Assembly (NCBI GenBank): GCA_013239625.1
Contig: MU053588.1
Span: 25,988 to 89,987 of the forward strand
DNA: 64,000 nucleotides
Reading direction: 5' to 3'
Origin: Lama guanicoe
Lineage: Eukaryota
Numbering within the stretch: position 1 is the first letter of the stretch; the number at the start of each line of letters is the position of its first letter. Below, in pieces: positions 1 to 13,429 of the stretch. The notes beneath the pieces were generated by a model. The model did not search any database. It had not been told where the DNA came from and saw only the letters and a list, made by a program, of their open reading frames with translations. The translations under genes were made by a program, and so were the position numbers.

Positions 1-425
1 TTCCAAAGTCTTGTTTTGGGAGGCATTTATTCATTCAGCCCTGAGTAACTCAATATGATCTCCCTAAAGCTTTAAAAATCATGGAGAGTTAAGACTTGGG
101 GAGGAATTGGTAAGAGACTTTCTACTAAGAGGTGTCTTATAGTCATTTTATGTAGGAAAGACATGAAACAATTACAGAAAAATAAGAGTGTTAAATCAAG
201 TACAAATGTATAACAAAGATGATGACAGTAAACAATATATTTTTGTGACTCTTGGTGGTTTGAACTTTTTTCTTGATTTTCTGAGTAATTGGAGTCTCTC
301 CATTGCACAAAGTAGATACCATTTTATTGTAACTGAATTTATTTCAATGTTTCATGCTGGGTTAGAGTTAGGGTGTTGTCAGTCTGCTAACTTCATTACC
401 AAACAATTTTCTCTTCTTCATGCAG

Positions 426-791
426 AATGCTGATCTTACAGCAAAACTGCAATCGACAACTTCAGCACTTCTCCATCTGAGTGCAGAAACTCAGCTCCTT
501 CTAAAAGAGTTATTATCTATGAAAGGGATGCAAAAGAAATGTGAAACATTACAGGAGGAGAAAAAGAAGTTGGAAGAAGAAGTAGTAAACCTCAAACATC
601 ACCTAGAAGTGAACACAGTGGAACGCAGTCAAGTGGAGCAGTACAAACAGGAGACTGAAGAGCGAGCACGACGGGATGTAGCCGAAAAATTGACAGAACT
701 CAGTCAAGTCGTGCAGTGCAAACGGGAGACTGAAGAGCGAGAAAAACAGGATGTAGCAGCAGCATTGAAAGAACTCAGCCAGTTTTTACAG
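426..791 (+). CDS. ANKRD26/CCDC144-family coiled-coil exon (NADLTAKL...SQFLQ)
   Basis: Acceptor ttcttcatgcag|, donor |gtgaag; 366 nt, phase 0/0. Translation resembles the ANKRD26 C-terminal coiled coil (QYKQEIEERARQEIAEKLKEVNLFLQ). Diverged, so probably a paralog. Confidence 0.85.
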
Positions 792-1366
792 GTGAAGCAG
801 TGAACTTTAATGTGCTCTAATTCACTTTGCTGTGAATTACAGTTTGGATGTATACATTTTATGTTTCCTCTACTTCCCATAGAGTAGTTTGTTTTGTAGA
901 TTTCTGGAAGGAAGGCCGCATTTGTTCCTCCCTTTAAATAATTCAATTTCCATCATTACTATCACTAAATTGATCTTTCAGAACAATTGTCACTAGAGAA
1001 TCAATCTTAAGGCCAATTAGTGTAAGTCAAGACTCCTAGGAGGAAAAGAAAATATTGTGATTTAAATATTGTACCACACTCTTGGATTACTCTTAAGTTG
1101 TATTGTTCAATTTTTAAAATTTTAAGTTGATCCTATTATTCTTTGAGCTATCACATTACATGAGTACTGATATAAGAGTGATTCAACTTTAATTTCATAA
1201 TTCAGATTTAATTCACTTGACATTGATGATAAATATTTTAAAGTTCAGATTTTTTACATTTAAAATTGCTGTCTGAATGATTGACTCAAAACTGAAGAGA
1301 ATGAATACACTGTAATTACTCAGGTTATAATTATTTTTTAAATTGTATCCTTTTAATTTGCTTTAG

Positions 1367-1572
1367 ACACAAGCAGCGTATGAAGATAACTTGTTAAGAG
1401 AATATAAAAATGCTTCAATAAGTCAAATGAAGCATAAAATTAAATATCTGGAATCTGAACTGAAAAGTAAAACTGTTCAGTTAGATTCTGAGAAAAAAGA
1501 ACTGGAAAAATACAGACAACTATACCTCGAAGAGCCAGAAAATAGAACGTCATGGGCAAGTCAATTACACTC
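1367..1572 (+). CDS. ANKRD26-family exon (TQAAYEDNLLREYKNASISQM...SQLHS)
   Basis: ctttag| ... |gtaagt; 206 nt, phase 0/2. Matches ANKRD26 AQAASQENLEQ...ELEKYKQLYLEE. Confidence 0.85.
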
Positions 1573-3167
1573 GTAAGTCAAAACATAGAGTTATGGAGAA
1601 TAAATTAGGTCATTAATTTGCTTCTAAGGCATAATTTTTACTGAGCCAGTTTCATGATGTGAGTAGCAAGTGAAAGCTGACTAGATAGTATAATTTTGCA
1701 TTGATGTTAAAATGATGTTAGTAAATGAACTCTCCTTTAAAATGTTAGTCCAGGGCAGTTTGCATCTCCTTGCCTTTTGTTGCTTTTACATGACTTTATG
1801 TTTTCTATTTGCATATATTTAACCTGATCTAATCTTTAAGCTGGGGCTTTTGCAAACTTTGTAATTTAGACAGACACATTATCACAAAATTTCTAGCTGG
1901 AATTCCCATAAATAGAAATGTTATTGAGTTTAAAGTTAACTGTGTTTTGGAAGAGTACAACTTAAACCCAAGGGGTCCCATTCTGGTGTTTGGTGAATTT
2001 ACTTTCTTGATTGTGATATTTGGTATCACCACTAGTGGGCACCCTGAGACGAAGTACTGTATCCTTCTAAGTTTGTCTCCGCTACATAAAGGTATGCTTG
2101 GGGAATAGGGGGAAACTAACATAGGGGTGAAGGTCAGTATAGCAGTTCACAAAGTGGCTAAAAAGAATACGGTGGCCAGCCCGAGGGGGTGTGTGGAAGA
2201 CAGAAAGGGCAGGTCCCTCCTCCAGTGCCTGAGTAACAATGTTATAAGCTACAGGTCTCCGCGGTATCCAAAAGTAGAGTGTTCCTATGAAAGTCGTTGG
2301 TGTAAAGCAAAGAGGCAGCTACCTTAGGACACATCTTGCTGGTGGATGCACAAAATAAATATGCATTAAGCACAGGTGCTCACAGACACAGTCCAAAGCC
2401 GTGGCGGCGTGATGCCGGGCTACTGCGTGTGGTTCTGGGGAAGGAGCTCGGTGGGGCCCCTCTTGCTGCTCGGGCTGCGTGTTGCCCTTCTGATGGCTCG
2501 GGCTAAAACAAACACCCAACGCTATTCTGGCTTTTTGGTTTTTTTTTTCATAAAAGTGAAAATCCGCTTGAGATTTGTTTTCTTTATGGAAAACAAGTGC
2601 TGATAAAAGCGAAGTAACAAAGTGAGCTTCGGCAAATTGGGGGACACTTGAAATTGCCCCTGGCACTGTCACAGTTTATTCCCATCACCGACTCTGCCAT
2701 CTGGCGCCCCCCAGAGGTGGTGGCTCTAAACTCTTCCTCAGTGCCGCATGCTTAATTTCTCCCAGGTAATGAGTGAAATGTGTATAGAAGGGTGGTGAAA
2801 GCAAACACTTGATAATGGCTTTGAGGGATGGTTTATTTTTTATTTCTATTCTGGTTTCTTGAGGGTACGTATGTCTAGATGCAGCCGGTGCAGAAGGCAG
2901 AGGGTTCCTCTGTGGAGGCATTTCCATCTCTGACTCTCCCCACTTTGAAGTACTTGTTAGTGAAGGCCCCCCCCCCCCAGGCACATATGTCCTTCTTTAG
3001 GACAGTTTTAAACTGTAATTGTTTACAGTAGGTCTGAGCTGACATATTTTCATTGTCAAAACACAGTTTAATGGGATAATCTGTTTACTATTACAGCAAC
3101 TTTTAAACTACACATCATTTAGGAAAAAAATGAAATGAATGAAATCTGTGTTTTGCAATCCTCACAG

Positions 3168-3366
3168 GATTAACGAGAGGCTGGTAGTGATGAACACTAA
3201 ACTTCAGATGGCGGAAGAGTACAAGTGTTCTGTCCTCAAAAGTATTCCTGAAAGGCCTGCTGAAAAATTTAATGATAGCTCAGAGCACAAATGGACTCTT
3301 ACTCAAAGTGCAAACTTCAGGAGTTTTTCAGAACCTTCAACTAGCGTGAGTGATTGCTTGTTCGGG
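3168..3366 (+). CDS. ANKRD26-family exon (INERLVVMNTKL...DCLFG)
   Basis: ctcacag| ... |gttagt; 199 nt, phase 2/0, in frame with the previous exon. Matches ANKRD26 TNERLAEVNTKL. Confidence 0.8.
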
Positions 3367-6300
3367 GTTAGTTATATTATCTTTTTTCCCCTGGGTTTCA
3401 GATTTCTGATATAATTCCTGTTTTTAATTTGATGAAATTCTGAGTTACTTATTTGACTTACACACACTAAGTAAAAGCCATAATTAATTGTGCTAATAAA
3501 GAAAGGAGACAGAAATTTTATAATTTTTTAAGTCTCTTGACTTCTCATTTTCAAGAAATACCTGTCACTAATTTTATTCAATAAATGCAACTAAACTGAC
3601 AAATTTTAAATTTCTTCAGAAGCTCCATTTTAAATTCTATTTCAGAAATGAAGTATTATTGCCGAATAACTAGAGATATACTTTCCAATGTTTGTCTTAG
3701 TTTCTGATTGATTTCGGTTTGGCATTGGTTCATAGTAATTTTCAAGTTTTGCTGCACCCCAATTTTTCTACCCCTAAGCATAAATGGCATTGAGATACTT
3801 AACCACATATGGATGTTTTTTATTTAAAGGAATCCAAGATACATTCTTTTTATCAATTCAAGAAACTTGTAACACTAAAAACACTTTTCTGTTTTTAAGT
3901 TTAAAATTTTTATCACTTTCTTCTGTAAGAGTACATCCTTAATTTCTATTTTGCTTATAGCATTTTTATTTTAATTGTTATAAAGTGTCTTACTGAGCGA
4001 TTGTAGAAAATTTCTAAATATGCAGTCAAGTAAAGCAACTATTTAAATTTTTAAAATGAAGTTCACTTATGTCTCTGTCTTCCCCTCACCTGTAGAAATA
4101 CTGACGTGGCAATGATAGGGAGCCTTTAAATTACAACTAGTTTCCATTGTGTATCATTATTGTTCAAAGAGCCATTGAAACCAGTGCACGTTGGTTTATG
4201 GTTTGATGGTGTTTTCATGATCTTCTTGATGAAGAGAAAGGTAGCATGGGCCCTTGTTAAGTGAGATCTCAACCTGTTTTTTCTCACTTGGCTTCATGTC
4301 ATAATAAAAGAAGAAAAATGGTCAGGTTTCATAGACAGTGTTGTGGGTAAATTGAGTCTAAGTGCTTCAGAGTCATGAAACCGGACTGTGTGGTATTAAA
4401 CAAAATGCATGGCTAACACTTCTGTCAGTGGCTAAGCATGTTGCAAACTTGAAATGTTCCCATTAGTTGTCACCAAAAAATTGACAGTGTGTCAATTTAC
4501 AGGATGATGGTGAAAGAGTGTGAGTGCAAAAGCAGTGCAAGAGAAAGATCGTCAGGACAGTTTTTTCCTTTAATGTTTTTGGAGGAAAGAGGTGTCTATT
4601 TTTTAGTACTTCTAGATAAGTTGGAAAATCGTTTATTTTAAACTCAGTGTTGTAGTTCCAAGGTACACGTAGTTCTTCTGTGGGGCCATGGGGCCAAATC
4701 ATGCTAGATGTAGCAAGGGAGATGGAAAGGCACTGCTCTGTCCAGATGCACAGACACGTCTTCATCCCCACGACGGAGCACCTCACAGCAGTTATTATAC
4801 AGTTACTGTTTACAGAATTCTTAGTCAGACGTACAGAAAGAAGGTGCCTTCAAGGTGCCTTCTTGCTAGGGATGTAATGATTTCTGCTGGGAAAACATAA
4901 AGTAATGCTAGGAGAGGTGTGAACATAGTGTTTAAAATGACAGGAAGGGATGGGTTTTTGGAGGGGGCTTAACAAAACAGCAGACTTCCACAGCTTTTCA
5001 GTTATGATTCTAGAAAGAAAAATGTTAAAAATGGCATTGTGATTGAATTTAACATTCTCCTTTATGTGCAAGGTTTTAACAGTTTAGACTCTTCCTGCTG
5101 TGAAGTTCCAGCTCACTCAGCCTTTTTTTTCTCTCTTGACGGAAGCATAGCTCTAAGTCTGTGATTTCAGTCCTGCTGGTTGGTGAAGCAAGTGTCCTCC
5201 AGTTCATAACGCTTGGGTTTACTGCCTCTCTTCCTGCTGCATGTAGTACAGCCTTATCACTTGGCATCGTTGTAGTGGTAGCAGGTGGACCCCATATATC
5301 TTTTGCTAATTTTTACCCTCAGATTTCACATTGTAGTTTATTTCTGGGATGTTTTGTCCTACATGTCAGAAGCAATTTTACAGTTTTACTCAATTGTGTT
5401 ATTTATTATATTATTATAGAATACAAAAACTTACAATTAGCCTGAGCAGATACATCACTGTTAGATTTTCTTGCACATAGAATTTTTTCTAAGAACTGAA
5501 AACTTAATTTCAGACAATATTATAACAGACAGAATTTCTCTGTTTTAAAGATTTTTTTCTGCTCAAGAGTTTTTAAGTATTGGTGTGCCTACCATGAAGC
5601 ATGGCCACAATAGTTAATACATGTCCTTCAAATCTATTTTAAATAGGAAGACTACATTTTACATTGATTGATTTTGGGCTTTTGGTGTATTACTGACACT
5701 TTCAAACATATTCTAATGATGTATTTAAGTAATTTGTAAATTTTTCAACTATCCACTCAGTTTAGCAACCCTTTTTCTAAATGGGATTATACCAGTGCCC
5801 CAGAGCTAAAATGATTAATGTTCTTAGCCTGTAACTTTTTACATGACACAGCACTGCTTCTCAGCAGAATCTGGTCACGTTTCTTTTAAAAGTAGCCTTT
5901 CAAGGCAGGGGACATCCACTCTGAATTTTAATTCTAATCAAACCATCACAGTAGTTAAGCTCATTTCTCATAAGGCAGAGGCAGAGTTTAGTGACCTTGT
6001 TTCTCGTATCACTTCTCTGCCCTGTGGACTCCCTCCTGCCCTCATTTCATTTTGTGTGAATGGACAAATGAGGAAGCGAGTTATCTTTTTTAAGACAATC
6101 ACTTAACTTCCTCCAGTTGTTTTTCTTTCATTCACTCTTCTTTCTATACTTAATTTTTCACGTTCTTAATCAACAAATCTTTTCTCATTTATTTTCTCGG
6201 CAGCAAAATACTTGTATTTAATACTTACAAACTGACAATATAGCTTTTCAGAGGAAAAGATAGTAATCTTATTTTCACTTCATGTAAAAGTGTGATCTAC

Positions 6301-7491
6301 ATTTTGCATAGTGTTATATGAAATTATTTCAATAAAGGCTTCTCCCTTCATCTGTTCGGTGTTACTCACTTCGCAGGACCTGCCTGGCACTGTTGTCACG
6401 TTGCTGATTGCATAAGGCCTCTCTAGAATGCTCTTGTTAGACAGCGTTATGGAAAACAGTCTCTGAAAATATTGGCAAACGGTAGCCCAAAATTTTGTCT
6501 TGGCACCTAACATTTACAAAGGCCTCAGCTGTCGTGTTACTGTTGTCACCACAGTGTTTATTATGTCTGGTGTACTATTTTAGACCCTGTTTAGTGAGCG
6601 GGTGACTTTTATAAAAAGATTTTTAAAAGAACACTCTAGATGGGGACACTTGTAGCTTGAAGTGTCCCCACACATTTCATAATTAAATACATAACTAATT
6701 AAGTCAAGTTTCAAAAACTTTTTGGCCCTAATTTCTACAACGGAAACAAAGTTACAGTTAAAGAATTATGTATTGTTTTCCTTGTTTCTAATTCTAGGAA
6801 GTTGTGAATCAGAAACCAAGTTTGAAAACTGGTGCTAGCCTCTCCTTTTCTTTTCTTCAAGCAGCTTTTCTGACATAAATGTCTTAGTCATATACAGAGA
6901 GCAACATACATTTGTTTAATTTGTTGGCCAGTAGAATTTTCTCTTGACATTATAACAGAACCCCTTTCTTCATCTTATGTATCTACGATTCTGTGTTAAA
7001 AACATTTTTTAGCATAGAACAGACCTTAAAATTTTAGTTTTATAAAAGTGTAGGAATGGAAAGCTCATTTTAAGGAAAAGTCCATTAAAGTTAAAAAAAA
7101 AAGCTGAATTTTAAAAAGGGGCATTTTTTCGAAGAACTGAAAAGTAATGCCCTCGTTGAAGATTACCACTTGAATTTTTAAAACTCTGGTGCTAATAAGA
7201 TTGGACATCACCCTCTGAGATTATGTGTCTCCGACAGGGCAGGGTTTACTGTACTTTCCATCAGGGGAATCTAAGACTTACATACATATGTTCTCTCTTA
7301 TCTAAAATCAAAGTAAGTAGGAATTTATTTTATTTTATTCATGTGATCATTTTTCTATTTAAGCAATCCCCAAGTTAGGTCAAGTCTCTAAAAGTATTAT
7401 TTAAAGGCCACATTTCATAAGCTAGCTGTCATTCCATGATAGTGTGTCTTGTTTAACTTAAACATTAAAAATAATATTTGACTTATTTCAG

Positions 7492-7537
7492 ATGCACAAG
7501 AAGTAGGAAAATAATGCAGCTAGAGAAGTAAAAGAAG
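7492..7537 (+). CDS. ANKRD26-family penultimate 46-nt exon with in-frame TAG at 7504-7506 (MHKK*ENNAAREVKE)
   Basis: tatttcag| ... G|gtatgt; homologous to ANKRD26 MQQELEKNITRELKE. Confidence 0.8.
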
Positions 7538-8680
7538 GTATGTTGCCAACATTTCTGAATTTAGACATTGATTTCTGAAATGCACTGTAAACAGTAAATG
7601 GCACCTCTTTCTGTTGTTTGAATAACAGATACTATGTTAAATTTTTTTCTTACACGTATCTAATGAAAACTGTGAAAGCACAATTTCATTCATAGTGATA
7701 AATATACTTATTCCTCACTTCTTCATCATGATCCATAGCTTTCAAAAAGAAGTCTGTGTTCTCTATTTCTGGCTGTACCCTTCCCCTCCCGCTGTCCCTG
7801 TGGGCCTGTCACCTGCACATGGATACTGTTCTCAGAACACATGGAGGTCATCAGCTTCTCGAGTTTCTGATAGTGACTGAGGCCAAAAACCCCAGACGAA
7901 AGCAATCACAGTTCATGTAGCTGTCACCTGGTGGATGACAGTTAAATTTCCTGTCATTCCCTTTGTCACTGGTTAACATTTTGCCCTCAGGAAAAACTCC
8001 AAATTCCTTAGCTTGGAAAAAAACACCCACATCAGTTTGGCTCTTGCCAAAGTGTTCAGCCGTGCCTCTTTCCTCCCCTGCTCTGTCCCTCTGCTCCAGA
8101 GTCTGGTCAGACCGCTTCCAGCCCCGCGGGTGAGCCCTTGCCTTGTTGTTTGCTTCGTGCCTTCCCCTCCCGCACGTTCTCCTCCTCCTTCAGGCATCTG
8201 CTTACATATCACGACCACCAAAGAGTGGACAGTATTGACACAAAGCTGGACGTCCCTTCTCAGTGTTTCAACTGTGCCCTCTTTTATACCTGTCATGGCA
8301 TTTATGTCTCTGTTCCAAAATTCCTTGTTCATCTATTTTTCCAGTTTACAGTACATGATTTTTCAGGGTGGACTGTGTCATCTTCATCTTGAGATTCCAG
8401 TGTTTATCACAGTGCCTTAGCACATGGTTGCTGAGTAAATGAATGAATAATGATAAAACCAGGAGCTCTGATCCTTAGCCACAAGAGCAGTTAATTCAAT
8501 GTGCAACCCTGGGCAAAGTGTAGAGTAGTAATCTTGGGTTTGTGTTTTAATCATATGTAGGTATTTGTCATTCTTCTTAAAACTTAGAAAAGTCTCAGCT
8601 AAAAAAAAACACAAAACTGACATTTAGTTACCTATGAAGTATTTTAAATAAGGAATCTAATTCTTTCATTTTCTTTCCAG

Positions 8681-8835
8681 CTACTCCTAAACTTCAATCT
8701 GAGTCCTACAGAACTCCTCGAGGATCTTCAAAAGAGTCAAGATTAATTGGAGATATGCTTTTGAAAGCATGTAAAGAATATGAGGAGGTTTTGAAGAAAA
8801 AGTATCTGTTATACAATGTTACAGATGAACAGTAA
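8681..8835 (+). CDS. ANKRD26-family last exon (ATPKLQSES...KACKEYEEVLKKKYLLYNVTDEQ*); untranslated if the 7504 stop is used
   Basis: ttttctttccag| phase 1, open to TAA 8833-8835. Resembles ANKRD26 C-terminus KASREYVQVLKKNYMI. AATAAA at 9013-9018. Confidence 0.75.
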
Positions 8836-9389
8836 ACATTTACCTGCTGGGCTGTACTTGTAACATTTTAGTTATTTCACATTAAGTAAGATATAGGCAA
8901 TGTTTATTAAAGGAAAATATTTTTGTATTATATGTGCAAACTCATGCACATATAATGTGGTATTTTAAACCAGATTTCTCTGCATCTCATTAACTTGTAA
9001 GCCGATTTTGGGAATAAAACCCAGCACTTTGGGGTATTACATACTCAAACTGAGCCCGGATGCCAGCTGTTTAAACAGCACCCAACCACCCAGCAAACTT
9101 GTCATTGATATTGAGCAGTGTTGACTGATAGCTTTTTTGACTTTTCCAGTGTTAATCACTGTATATAGACCTGAAGATTTAGACGGACAGCATTCAGATC
9201 TGGTGTGGCTGTTGTCAGCGTTCTGATGGAACACAACAATCGTTACAGTGCCATCAAGCTTTCTATATGCTACCTTAAACACTGATTCACAGCTATTTCC
9301 TCAAGGAGAAATGAAATCTGCCCCAGGCTTTCCATCTTCTCTATTTATTTACTTACTTTTTGGAAACAGTCTTAAAATTAGAGACAAGT

Positions 9390-9746
9390 TCTGAGCACCA
9401 GACTCAAACGGACATTGTCACAAAATTATCACATCTCCCATTCATTCTCCTAAGGCACTATTTATCTTTCTTAAGTGTCACTTGTTCTACCAAAAGTGCC
9501 TTTCTCTCCCCTCTAACCAAGAAGTCATTTGATTTTCAAAAAAGGCCATTCTCATTTTCCTGTCACTTATTAAATTGTATATAAGCCTCCAATTCTAGCC
9601 ACCCCTTCCAATCACATTTCTTTGTGAACTCTTGCATGTATTCATACGTAATTTTTTTCTCACAGTAATTGTCTTTAGTCAATTTAATTTACAGGCTCCC
9701 AATCACTGAACCTAAGAGAGTAAAGGAAATATTCTCCTTCTCAACA
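9390..9746 (+). mobile_element. ERV1 LTR fragment, MER34-like
   Basis: TATA-like gtatataagc and 3' end ...gtcaatttaatttacaggctcccaatcactgaacctaagagagtaaaggaa, typical of MER34-group LTRs (recognised by eye). Confidence 0.55.
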
Positions 9747-10269
9747 ATTTCCAAGAGCTAAAATTTTAATAATTCCTACTTACATCCTTTAGTCCCTTTT
9801 CTGTCCTTTCAGTGTACTTACTTGGCAAAACTCCCAATGACACAACTGCCTGATTATCATTCTTCCCCCTTAAGTTCCCCCAGGCATCTAAGTGCTGCTG
9901 AAGAAAACCACACACCGCCCAGCGATCCTACTACTTTTATTTAGTTAATTTGCATCTTCTTCCTTCTCAGTGATGATTTCAAATTTCTCTCTCTGTAAAC
10001 ATCTCCCTGTTTCTTCCCTCTCATTTGAACCAGGCAGTCTTACTTCCGATGACAAATTACCTGAAAGATTTGCCTGCTTCCCCATCAGCAGTCTGTCCCT
10101 ACCCACTCTGGTGTGTCTTCCCCTTCCTCCATCCTCACGCAATGAGACACTGATGACTCCCACGTCTAAAGCAAAGTGACACCTTTCCAGCCCTTGTCTA
10201 ACTGAAGCTTCTCATGCCTCCTGGCATTCCATGTAACCGACCTCTGAAACTGACTGCTGCCTACAGCAA

Positions 10270-11045
10270 CCTCTTTAGTCTTTAGCTGAAGATGATGTTG
10301 AAGGTGAGGGCTTCAGCCTTCTTGATGAGTTCACTCAGTTTTCCCTGGCTGTCTCCCAGGGGTATAAACAGGAAGTCTATGTGTTATTCCATTTTTGTTT
10401 ATTTTTCTCCTGTTAATCTGCCTCATGTCAGTAACTGTTAGACCAGCCAGATGAACCAAGAAGGGTGGAGGACCACTCCCCACCCCCACCCCAGCACGAG
10501 CCTGTGCTCATTTACAGCTGGCTCATTTACAGCTGTGCTCATTTCCCTGCTGCCTCGCCTGCAGGGAAAAGATCAATGGCAAACTGCTATTCCTACAGCA
10601 CTAGCCAGTGAGCTGAAGCTCAGCTGAATGTCTTCCAGGCTGAGGTGGGGTCACTGCTCCCGGCAGCAGAAGACTGCCTTTGTGAAAGCAAAATAAAAAT
10701 GGAGTCTGCATTGCTTGAGAGGGCTCACTAAGGAGGTGTGGCTTATGCACATCTCAGCCCACAGAGAATCCGACCCTGTGAGCACTGATTGCCCCAATGA
10801 AGTCATCTGGAGCACCTGCCAGAAACTTAAGATACTCACTAAGCCCCTACCCGAAAATAACCTGCGACTCCTTCAGGACAAAGGTTTCCTGACTGGCTCA
10901 CATCAGTGTCAGCCACAATCCTCATCAGGCAACTTCTGACCACCTCTTGGCTTTTTGCCTTTCTAAGCCCCTGACTCCAGTCCTTGAAACACTCAGTGTT
11001 ACCCAAACCTGTGTCTCCTAAGTTGCCTAGTCTGAAGGCAGCCAG
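10270..11045 (+). mobile_element. Cluster of ERV LTR fragments
   Basis: LTR-type motifs ttttctcctgttaatctgcctcatgtca...gaaccaagaagggtggagg and aaaatggagtc. Confidence 0.45.
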
Positions 11046-13429
11046 GCTGTTTCCTTGGCCATTTTCCTTCCTGGCTCACTTCCTAAACTTTAATGCCTTA
11101 CCAATCCTACAGTACCGCAATGCCTTACATATCGACAGTAAGAAAATCAAGCAAAATTAAACCAAAACCCACAAAAGGCAAACCCAGCCAGGGAAAGATC
11201 ATTCATGAGAGATAACTTAGAGATCTTGGGAAGACCTAGCATGTCCAGGCTCACCTGCCTGCTCACCACTACTTTCCCCAGCTCCCCTCTGATTTCTTCT
11301 TGACCTTTGATTGGAGGCTGTTTGAATTGATTTCTCCTTGTGAGGATGTTTGGGAGAAGAGGTGCTTTTCTAATTAAGAAGGAGATTCGGGGCCCGTATT
11401 TTTACTTCAGATGCTCAAATGACAAGTTTAAATAAGGATAAAGAATCCAAAAGAGGAATTCAGGTAGGTACATTATGCAGAGACAAGATTTAAAAAAATA
11501 TATATCCTCTTCACTCTTCACATATCTACTCATTAGCACTACAGCTCAGTTTTCTCCTGGTCCTTGTCCCAAATCTGCCCCCATCCAAGGAGGAAGTGAG
11601 TGCGAAGGTGGGGGAAACCCAGCGTCCTCGAAAGACGTTGTAATATGAAGCCAGTAAATTGGAGGCAAAAACCACTTCCAAAAATTTGCAGGAAGTTGTG
11701 TCCTGTTTTTTAGAAATTCACTAATTCAGAACTCATTTGGCAGCACAGGGACCTATTTCTGGGCTTTTTTTTTTTTTTTTTTTTTTCAATAATAATAACA
11801 CAATCAGATATATTATATATTGTCCAGTGAAACACAGTATTACTGATGATTGAGGAACTGGTATATGAAGGCTAAAATCCTCTGCCTGTATTTAAGAGGT
11901 ACCCTGGGATCTGGACTTTGTCATTTCAATTCCTAGTATACTTGGAATGAGTTAAGTAGTAAAAAGCTTCACTTTAAGAAAATACTAGGAATAAAGATTA
12001 TTATTAGGTTGTACTGAAAATACGGCTATTTTTCCAGCTTGCTGATGTACCTAGCTGTCCTCCCACCATCTCTCACTAACCAGCAGCTTGTTCCCGCAGT
12101 GTTTTGATGTTTGAACAAAGGCCCACCCTCCCCACCCCCCTCCCCAGGCAGGGCTTCTCTCTGCTGTTATCAGAGAGATCTGACCTGATACCTTTGACTT
12201 GTAAATGAACACTGAAGTCAGTCTCTCTGGGGCATGGAGCTGGTTTCTCCTTCCAGGTACTGTGGGACACCTTAAATCCTTCTTAAGGAAGGGGGACCGG
12301 AGCAGTACCCTGTGCCCTTCTGGCAGGAGAGACGCTCATGCACTTTCTCTTTTCTCCTTCCCATCTTTTGTCTCAGGGAATCCCAGGAATAGCTAATATT
12401 GTCAAATGTGTAGTGGCTTCCTCTTTATATCTGGTCTTCAGGTGCCATAATTATCATAATATATATCATTAAATATGTCAGTTTAAATTTGTGGTAAATC
12501 TTATCTCATTTCAATGTTACTATTTATTTGTGTTTTAAAATCCAGGAGAGTTTCATCTGGAACCAGGCGGTCCTGTCATTGATCCGAACTGGCTTTCTGG
12601 AGAATTACGTTGTGCCTCTGTGATCTTGCTCTGTACCCCGTGCTGGTGGGTATACCCTTCTCATTTCCTCAGCCTTCTGTTCATGATTTGTGGATCAGAT
12701 AGAGGATGATGTTGGCTCCATCTGGAAAGTGGCTCAGCCAGTCTTTGAGAAGACACACTGGGGGCCTGGAAATAGTGCTCTGGACACAGACTGATAGGGA
12801 AGAGAAGAAAGATCTGGACTCTTAGAAAGTGAAATCAAATTTCAGCCTGAAGTGGTTTGCGTCAGAGATGAACAATTGTCATTCCCACAGAGATCTAGTT
12901 GAAGGCAGGCACTGCCAATCTTTCTTGATCTCAAATACCTCCCCCAGAGGCCTGTCTGAGCACTGAAACTTTCCACAAGTAGATGGTTGGCTGTTAGACT
13001 AAGTCAGCCAGAAAAGCTGACTGTGTTACTTAGGAAGAGTAGTAAGTTGGCAACTACTAGAACATTTGTACCATTGCTTTGCTAGATTCATCAGTCCAGA
13101 GAATTGCAAAGGGGGGGGCAGATAGCCTGTGGGGATAATTTATTTGGGGACAAGACTATAGAAGAAGTGAAAACTGACAGTGATTTCTTTCCATCCCTTC
13201 TGTTCCCTCACCTTTTCTTTCTTAAGCTCCTTTAATTGACCTCAGGACTTTGGCTTTACCGTCATCCTTTGTCCAATATGCTTTCATCATTAGTCAGTGT
13301 ATGATCTGACTTATTTATTTAATTATTTTAAATAAGCAGTCATGAATCTAGTGCCCACCTCCTTTTCAATGCCTTTCTCCACCCATGGAGGTCAGCGATC
13401 TCCCTGAATCCTGTGTTCATAATTTCCTT

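Noticed and set aside
12546..12660. Possible exon after an AT-rich acceptor-like tccag
   Set aside because: No recognisable protein in the frames read and no convincing donor.
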